DNA of 63,823 nt, the filler included, from Craspedostauros australis (taxonomy: Eukaryota), in NCBI GenBank assembly GCA_030167865.1. It is 4 parts of 4 records of this genome, joined end to end, with 100 filler letters (N's around TTAATTAATTAA, not from the genome) between each part and the next. Parts side by side here need not be neighbours in the genome. Positions count along the whole stretch, not along the records: positions 32,463 to 62,288 come from JALAGF010004952.1; positions 62,389 to 63,823 come from JALAGF010004990.1; 2 more parts are not named here. The stretch is one strand, 5' to 3'. Each line of letters begins with the position of its first letter. Position 1 is the first letter of the stretch. Positions 57,701-63,823 of this stretch are shown here, in pieces. The translations under genes were made by a program, and so were the position numbers. Below the pieces are notes generated by a model, which saw only the letters and a list, made by a program, of their open reading frames with translations, was not told the DNA's origin and did no database searches.

Positions 57701-60140
57701 CGTGCAGACGCAGATGCTGGGGCGCATGCAAACGAAGGAGAATATCGGCGAGGCCCAAACGGAACGCGATGTTGCTGTGGCCAATAGCATCCTGCGAGAA
57801 CGGTGGATGCCGTGGGCCATCCTGCCGGCCACGACGTTGCGCGCTCCCATCGGTAAGCCACGGTCGGAGAAGCAAGACAACGAAGAAGAATCAGACAGTG
57901 ACGATAGCGAGGATGGCATGGAGAACGAGGATGCGAAACACGATAACAACGGCAACAATGACAAGAACATAGACAAGAACATGGACAAGAACAACCATAA
58001 AAATGATGCGAAGAAAGACAGTGACGAGACATCGACATCAACCGCCATGGTGGAGGACGATGCATCCTCCGTCAAGACAGTGGATACTTCCGTGGATGAT
58101 GCGAGCACGACAAATATGGATACTGGTGCGTTATCCAGCACCAACGATGCCTCCACTCCCACAGCTACCAGCAAAGATACAGCAGCAGCAGGAGGAGCAG
58201 CGGCAACGGCAGCGGCTCCAACATCAGGAGCAATCACACCGTCGAATGTTGGCAACGAAGAAAAGCCAGGAGATGTTGCCAAGCCGGATCCCACCACTGC
58301 AAATGCACCAGCAACCAAGCGCACACGCAGCGGCCGAGTGGTCGCATCGACGGGCACCACCATCGACAAATCCGCCAACTTTGACGATCGACAGAAACTG
58401 GCCGAGAAGCATCGTGGGGAAAGCAACGAGCTGCACAAACGATGCACGAAGATTGCATGTCGTGGCATTCTCTTGGGCCTCATCCGGCGCGATCCCCTTC
58501 AACTGTTCGCCGAACCCGTGACTGCTGAAGGGTACTCCCAGATGGTCAAGAAGCCCATTGATTTTGGAAAGATTCGCAAGAACGTGCTGGATGAAAAGTA
58601 CAGCTCGCTGGGAGCGTTCGTCGCTGATTGCCGTCTGCTGTGCTTGAATGCCCTGATCTACAATCCAGCGGGCACCATCTATTCCAAGACAGCGAAGGAG
58701 ATGCTAGACGCGCTGGCTGCCATGCACCGCCTTGCGAGCGAATGGATGACAGCAATCAAGGAAACGCAACAGAACGTGCATCGCCAAGTGCAACAAAAGG
58801 CACAGCAAAAGGCAAAGAAGAAGGCACCAGCCCGCGACTTGAAAGACGGCGACGATTCAGAGAAGACCAGTGCTGGCAGCCCAGTCGTCGCTTCTGCTAC
58901 CAAGGAAGCTGGCGGCGACAACAAACCAGCAGGCAAGAAGTCGAAGATTGAAGACGACATGTTTGCGGAGCTGCGATTGACGTGGCCGGATGCTGTGGAG
59001 ATGTTGGAAAACAATGCCTGGCTGGACAAAGCCATCAAGGCGGACTTCATGCGCACGAAGGAGAATGAAATTGCCTACTACGGCAGTCTTGCCATCCGCC
59101 GTGCGGCCGTGGCAGCCGGAACTTCGCTAGCGCCGTATCCGGAAGTGAACGGGATATACAACCCGGTTGGTAAGCGCACGGATATTGAGGACGAAGAATT
59201 GCGAGCGTCGATTGCCGAGAAGGTGGCACGGTACACGGATTCAGTGGAGCTGAAGAATTTGCCGACATGGCGTGAGGAATCCATCGTCCGCATGATGCGA
59301 CGTGCGCAGCAGCGACGTCTGGAGGGTCGCATCGGCTCGGAGAACGGGTGTGCACGATGCGACGGCATGCGGATCAATCAGGAATTGAAGGTGGCCATGA
59401 CTGCGGAGGCCTTGCGCGGTGGCCGTGCCAAGAGGAAGAGCGACCACGTGCCGAGGATTCATCGATCACGCCTGCCTCTCAGCACGGGGTTGGCGAGCCA
59501 CAAGACACTGAAACGGATCAAGGCATTCCACGAAAACGATTACAAGGACGACAAGGATGCGCTGGATAGGTGGGACACTTCGAAGGAAGTGGCGGTCTCT
59601 GTACACGGCAGCCGCATCCACGGTTGGGGACTGTTCGCCGACCAGGAATTCCGCAAGGGCGATGTGGTGGCGGAGTACGTCGGCGAATACGTGAGCCTCG
59701 CAGTTACAGAAGCCCGCGAGAAGGCGTACCAGGAGCAGCGCATTCAGGACTACCAGTTCCGCCTCGACGACTCCCTCGTGATCGATGCCACCATGAGCGG
59801 CGGGCACGCAAGGTACATCAACCACAACTGCAACCCCAACTGCGTCGCCAAGTCGGTGCCGGGTCCCGCCCCCAACCAGCACTTGAAGCGCGTCGTGATC
59901 GTGGCGCAGCAGGAGATCAAGCCACGCGAGGAGCTGACGTACGACTACCAGTTCCCGCTGGAGCTAGATTTGAACGAGCGAGTGCCGTGCAACTGCCTGT
60001 CAGATCAGTGCCGCGGATTCATGAACTGGGATCTGCCCGAGAAGGGTTCCCACAACCGCATGGTCCAGACGCAGAAGCGCGGCGCCAACATGCGCGATCG
60101 CATCCGGCGGCTGGGACGTCCATTGAAGAGCGACAAATAG
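54777..60140 (+). CDS. Trithorax/SET1-like histone lysine methyltransferase (PHD, PHD-like, HMG-like, bromodomain, SET, post-SET)
   Basis: PHD CHECKGFGDVVCCDGCPHVFHPKC...WFCPTC. Bromodomain FAEPV..Y..MVKKPIDF...NALIYN. SET SRIHGWGLFA, EYVGE, ARYINHNCNPN and EELTYDY. Post-SET CNCLSDQCRG. First ATG is at 54777. Confidence 0.92.
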   Translation: MVTPGARRRSNSNASAAASGDASTTASTPAASTSAASTSTSTSTTKTTKATKTIKSSTKSATKSTTKSKTKSSIKSTASTTSNPTSSPKSNHLKGLSLRGSSRRSSRTATPTQKRRVRGLPVSRSRSRSNVTADDDDDDHSETAAKRSPPSATGKARAQRSPRTKRATRSVDASDEDSVTANTRSSAKRASSKATSRSTAASARAAKAAAATANPVPSSAVSSSRAKARGTAPTHNSERSLHLSVPKPLTAAIKGKSVKVNITVNSVPYVSQQHSNGSQLNAALGPGVATVNIMGNDGNLFYCHECKGFGDVVCCDGCPHVFHPKCIPPGPSRKSLLNDDDPWFCPTCMRAKSRRRKVVRTIKRRCCECHQSHVQLEPCEGCGAYLHYPSCGIGADVINTGAVLCSTCRSEMAQTQEEEDELQTKRKRDDVAVADTIRSEARSSETKRFKRKLVSTDDDASVGSGGAAKSKAARPKDPSRAAPDSAKKRKRTGSVDSVRSVTVAPASQNTKKLKMDKKNKRQRPGVKEDESAQDGDKDDKKPAPTTTTTDAKEAADNPLAQLYSNGLVKSTPAFFFFLAENRGKIERALSRKHRIFNRLPKGMERNQLVAKEAAQWWVELKPAEVRRYMNNSIKDFEHKIIEWKEEKNLRDMMQETHGAEEPPSEEDDTKEVSLPNTDSLAYYKHMRLYLGTTVGSKPFRPEPGVSHNRILLELLQDIRFHPVPMFSLQRAKVEYAQVDPSRVTIPHFDVHGPVSTSVGDECLGCTRGWNHHCNVLKRRLPAIEHRAKLQPPLSSLLATRIGLGLRYRPFSTTLPPEKEEEARGIHPFQCREVREAKLHRHMPIVPWDSLSSPGSRADDIVEFIEEAIAMRIPEPTRPLNPNLVRSENKKALSKRVMLPTRERRRFVDPMSASAGPTIMCVPINKCGRCRTVIQTDTGCIQCRRAQLVINTSKRVPIAGKLGPKGSDGKTPKLLCVQTQMLGRMQTKENIGEAQTERDVAVANSILRERWMPWAILPATTLRAPIGKPRSEKQDNEEESDSDDSEDGMENEDAKHDNNGNNDKNIDKNMDKNNHKNDAKKDSDETSTSTAMVEDDASSVKTVDTSVDDASTTNMDTGALSSTNDASTPTATSKDTAAAGGAAATAAAPTSGAITPSNVGNEEKPGDVAKPDPTTANAPATKRTRSGRVVASTGTTIDKSANFDDRQKLAEKHRGESNELHKRCTKIACRGILLGLIRRDPLQLFAEPVTAEGYSQMVKKPIDFGKIRKNVLDEKYSSLGAFVADCRLLCLNALIYNPAGTIYSKTAKEMLDALAAMHRLASEWMTAIKETQQNVHRQVQQKAQQKAKKKAPARDLKDGDDSEKTSAGSPVVASATKEAGGDNKPAGKKSKIEDDMFAELRLTWPDAVEMLENNAWLDKAIKADFMRTKENEIAYYGSLAIRRAAVAAGTSLAPYPEVNGIYNPVGKRTDIEDEELRASIAEKVARYTDSVELKNLPTWREESIVRMMRRAQQRRLEGRIGSENGCARCDGMRINQELKVAMTAEALRGGRAKRKSDHVPRIHRSRLPLSTGLASHKTLKRIKAFHENDYKDDKDALDRWDTSKEVAVSVHGSRIHGWGLFADQEFRKGDVVAEYVGEYVSLAVTEAREKAYQEQRIQDYQFRLDDSLVIDATMSGGHARYINHNCNPNCVAKSVPGPAPNQHLKRVVIVAQQEIKPREELTYDYQFPLELDLNERVPCNCLSDQCRGFMNWDLPEKGSHNRMVQTQKRGANMRDRIRRLGRPLKSDK

Positions 60141-60422
60141 GGGAAATGGTGTGTCGGTGCGGAATTATAATCCGTATTTTCGTGCTGTAGCAATGTCATC
60201 GCAGTATCGCATTTCTCGTTCGACCTATGAACCCATTCAGGGTTCGCACGTACGCAAATGTGAATTTTTGAGATAAGGACCTAGACCATCCTAATATGTT
60301 GTAGAGAACATACGTGTGAAGTTACAAGCTCCTGGGCCTTGTGGTTAAAAAGTTCATATTTTTGCAGAAGGCTACGACTGTGATTCGCACCCGCGTTCTG
60401 GTGCTTATCTGGAACAGGCTGC

Positions 60423-60622
60423 TGTGCTCACTTCGAAAGTTGAGGTGTGAGGGTGGGACACGCTAAAATACTTGTCAGGACTAGCTGGTATACGGGACTG
60501 AATTCGGCAATAGGTCGTCCGAGTGTGATCAACACGTGTTGTTCTATTGAGTCGTGATGACATTCTTGGGAGGTGCGGCGAACATGAATATCTTGATAAA
60601 GTCGTACCCTCGATTTCTGACA
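60423..60622. mobile_element. Candidate 200-bp solo LTR (TGT...ACA, GCTGC direct flanks)
   Basis: GCTGC occurs at 60418-60422 and 60623-60627 around TGTGCTCAC...TTCTGACA. It abuts the start of the copia fragment. Confidence 0.4.
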
Positions 60623-61490
60623 GCTGCGATGGGCGATTGAGATCGGCAGAGTCGACATCTTGCTGGAAGTGTCACCGCTGTCATCCCACCTTGCCATGCC
60701 ACGGGTTGGGCATCTTGAGCAGGCCTACCTCATCTTCGGATACCTGAAGAATACTTTGCGACGGACGATGCTGATGGACCCTGACCACCCCAGGATATCA
60801 GGAGACAGCTTCCAGTCATTTGAATGGGAGGACTTCTATCGCAATGCTGAGGAAGTCATACCTGTTGGTGTACGGTTGCAGACAGACGGTGCAGCAGCAA
60901 ATCCCATGTTCACAGCCTCTGCACAGTCGGAAATGATCATACTCGCATCATCACACACACAACACATCCTGTATCGTCTCCTGATCATCACAATACCAAT
61001 GGACATGCCAGAGCCCAGAGGCAACACAGCATCAACACATTGCTTTGTGGATGCCAACCACACAGCTGACAAGGTGACAAAGTGATCACAAACAGGGATA
61101 CTCATCTTCCTGAATCGTGCACCAGTCCTATGGCACAGCAAGAGGTGGAACTTGGTGGAGACCTCCACCTTTGGGTCGGAGTTCACTGCAATGAGGCTCG
61201 CAGTGGAGATGGTGTCATTGCTTCGATGCAAGCTGTGCATGTTTGGGGTACCTATCGAGGGACCAATGAATATGTTCTGCAACAATGAGGCAGTCTTCAA
61301 GAATGCATCAACGCCACACTTGACGATGTTGAAGAAGCACCACAGCATCTCCTACCACCAATGCCAAGAGGCTGTTGCCAGCGGTATCATTCGCATCGCG
61401 AAAGAGGACACCATGACGAACCTGGCGGACACATTCAGGAAGACAATGGTAGCCCCGAAGCGTGAGACGTTGCTTGGTCGAATCTTGTAC
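60623..61490 (+). mobile_element. Degenerate Ty1/copia (diatom CoDi-like) RT C-terminus / RNase H
   Basis: Motifs LRWAIEIGRVDILLEVS, PRVGHLEQAYLIFGYLK, FVDANH, SQTGILIFLNRAP.LWHSK, VETSTFGSEF.A, KKHHSISYH and NLAD. In-frame stop at ~61083. Confidence 0.9.
60863..60992. mobile_element. 130-bp solo LTR nested in the copia relic, 5-bp TSD ATACC
   Basis: ATACC(60858-60862) TGTTGG...CATCACA ATACC(60993-60997). Removing it restores AEEVIPMDMPEPRG. Confidence 0.85.
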
Positions 61491-62288
61491 AAACGAGATA
61501 GCTAACAGAGTCGCAAACAGAGCCGCGAACAGAGCCACGATGCGTGAGGTTTTTGGAGGCAAAATTCCGTTTTCCTGCGCGCCAGAACAGGGAACGTTGG
61601 GCAGACACAGAGGGCGATCCAGGGGGTGGACAAGTGCCTACACAAGGAGGGGACAGAACGAGTTTTGGGATCATCCGGGGCGGACCGTCTGGCGGTCAAC
61701 CGGTACAGTCATCCGGTCTTGTGCAATGACTCCTACGCACCACCGGTATAGTTGTTGCGTACGTGAGCATGTGTCAGCAACATAATCCTTTCAGAGCAGG
61801 AGAGAACACGCAACTTCGAGGACCACAGCTCGAACCAGCAGCAACTAATGCTAGATCAGATCATCTTCTGTGTGTCTTGAGGTCTCTCCTTTGCAGAACC
61901 TGCCAGCTTGCAAGCGTCTGCATTCATTCTGAATTTGTCATCAATTCGGCTTTTTTGTTCTCATCGACAGAACATTGCTGATAATCGTGTGGGTCGATTT
62001 GACCACATCGAACGAAATGGTATCTGAGGGTTCTGATTGCGTCCAGATCTTTTCTGCGAAGATCAAGCGGAAGCCAACAATGAGAAACGCTTGATGACAC
62101 ACATTTTGCTGCACCCACAGTATCTGCAACACCAGAGACATCACAGTTGCACCGCCAGAGCCCAACCCCTCTCCAGACTCCCCCAGGAGTCCGCCTCCGA
62201 ACACACCACAGCAGGAGCGAAGGCACAAACGCAGGCATCAGAGATCTCAAGCAGAGAAAGCAAACAAAGGCAACGGCAATCAATCGAC

Positions 62289-62388
62289 NNNNNNNNNNNN
62301 NNNNNNNNNNNNNNNNNNNNNNNNNNNNNNNNTTAATTAATTAANNNNNNNNNNNNNNNNNNNNNNNNNNNNNNNNNNNNNNNNNNNN
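62289..62388. other. Artificial contig-joining spacer
   Basis: N-run with TTAATTAATTAA at 62333-62344. Confidence 0.95.
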
Positions 62389-63111
62389 TTTCGCTGGGTC
62401 ATATGATGCATTATGCCCCACAATGTCCAATCCGATTCTGGTTATGTCTTTCAAGTCGTAGCGCTTTGATTGGTTGTTCCGCAAGTGCGCCGCGTCACAG
62501 TCAAAAGCAGCAGAGTGTGGTGTTGTGTGGCAGACAACAAAGGGTTCGTGTGAGGTTGTGTTTCCGGTCGCTGCGCTTTGCCTCGGTCCATCAAGCTCTG
62601 CGCACCACATCACGTCGCCACACAAACAAACACCCATCACAAAACTCACCATGATGCTTGTTGCAAGTGATGTTGCTTTTCGTTCGATCANNNNNNNNNN
62701 NNNNNNNNNNNNNNNNNNNNNNNNNNNNNNNNNNNNNNNNGCTCCACATAACTAGGCACATGCGTGGAGAAAGCCCGTACAGAGAGATAAATTTTGTTTG
62801 TGTTGCTGGTTTCACTGGGTCATAGGACGCATTATGCCCCACAATGTCCAATCCAATTCTGGTTATGTCTTTCAAGTCGTAGCGCTTTGATTGATTGTTC
62901 CGCAAGTGCGCCGCGTCACAGTCAAAAGCAGCAGAGTGCAGCATTGTGCGGCAGACAACAAAGGGTTCGTGTGAGGTCGTGTTTCGGGTCGCTGCGCTTT
63001 GCCTCGGTCCATCAAGCTCCGCACAGGACATCACGTCGCCACACAAACAAACACCCATCACAAAACTCACCATGATGCTTGTTGCAAGCGATGGTGCTTT
63101 TTGTTCGATCA
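62389..63111 (-). mobile_element. Two diverged ~300-bp copies of a decayed element, resembling a Harbinger transposase N-terminus
   Basis: 62389-62690 aligns to 62810-63111 (offset 421). The minus frame reads RIGLDIVG...KFISLYGLSPRMCLVMW, similar to the start of diatom DDE_Tnp_4 proteins. Confidence 0.5.
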
Positions 63112-63823
63112 GTTGGTCTGCGGCTCGTTGCTGCAACTGCACTGCTGTTGCCTCCTCCTTTTACTGTTGTTGTTTATACTGATGCTACTGATGGAGTTGA
63201 TGTCACTGTGGATGGTACTGTGATGTTGATGCTATCTAACTGTTGTGGTAATGATGCAATGAGCACGGTCAACACCGACGCTGCTGTTGGAGTGTGCTTG
63301 GATTGATGTTGTTGCAAGCTTGCCTGGTGACCCACTGTGCTTGTACGTATCGTGGATCTGGCTGCTGCTGACGTGATACAGTTGCAGACAATGGTTGCCG
63401 CGTTGTCATCTCTTTTGCTCTGTTGGCTCTGATCGGTTGATTGGCCGAGCAGCTCACGATCATCACATGTGACTACGAGTACTCGCTGTATTCTACTCTG
63501 ATCTGCGATACCGTATTGGCGAGCCAACATCGCTGGGCTAGAGCACAGCATACATTCAGGGATAACTACCATGTCGCCACATGCGGCAGCAACACAACAA
63601 CGAACAGCTGCGACTGTACCGAACAAGCACTCTCCTCTTGCCATGCCTGTCCACACGAATTCGCAGCCTCCCACGGACAGTTGCAACTACTATTATTCAA
63701 ATTGAAACAGAATACAACTATACATACATGCAGAAGAGCATTTGTACAAGTGCTGTTGTTGCAAGCATGCTTGTGTGCCAGGTCTCACAGTGTGTGGGAT
63801 GTCCTGCATGGTGCTGTACTGAT

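Noticed and set aside
55092..57875. 927-aa ORF antisense to the SET gene
   Set aside because: Codon-bias shadow of the real gene.
61500..62288. 3' LTR of the copia element (12-bp repeats AACAGAGYCRCR, small hairpins)
   Set aside because: No polypurine tract followed by TG...CA boundaries or TSD could be defined.

Overview
Eukaryotic nuclear DNA, most consistent with a pennate diatom. Evidence: short GT-AG introns, an ASAFAP-type plastid presequence, diatom-style copia and PIF/Harbinger remnants, and RXL/KXXK secreted proteins. The window is not one contiguous molecule. Three 100-nt N spacers carrying TTAATTAATTAA (28959-29058, 32363-32462, 62289-62388) join separate contigs. Contig 1 (1-28958) holds a Harbinger transposase end, a long-TIR non-autonomous element beside tRNA-Phe(GAA), a KXXK/RXL membrane protein and BolA. 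It then has a ~15 kb phosphate-themed block: SPX-VTC4 polyphosphate polymerase, inositol monophosphatase, and two membrane-anchored PhoX phosphatases flanking tandem GMC oxidoreductases and a GGCT. A MITE and a sulfotransferase-GT8-SDR trio follow. Contig 2 is a fragment of a large mucin-like secreted protein. Contig 3 has decayed TE/pseudogene DNA, SPPL protease, an ATP-grasp ligase, plastid Obg, SF3B3, a PHD-bromo-SET methyltransferase and a copia relic with nested solo LTR(s). Contig 4 is decayed Harbinger-like DNA. The best candidate for an undescribed system is the co-located phosphate scavenging and storage cluster. All calls come from manual motif reading; no searches were run.
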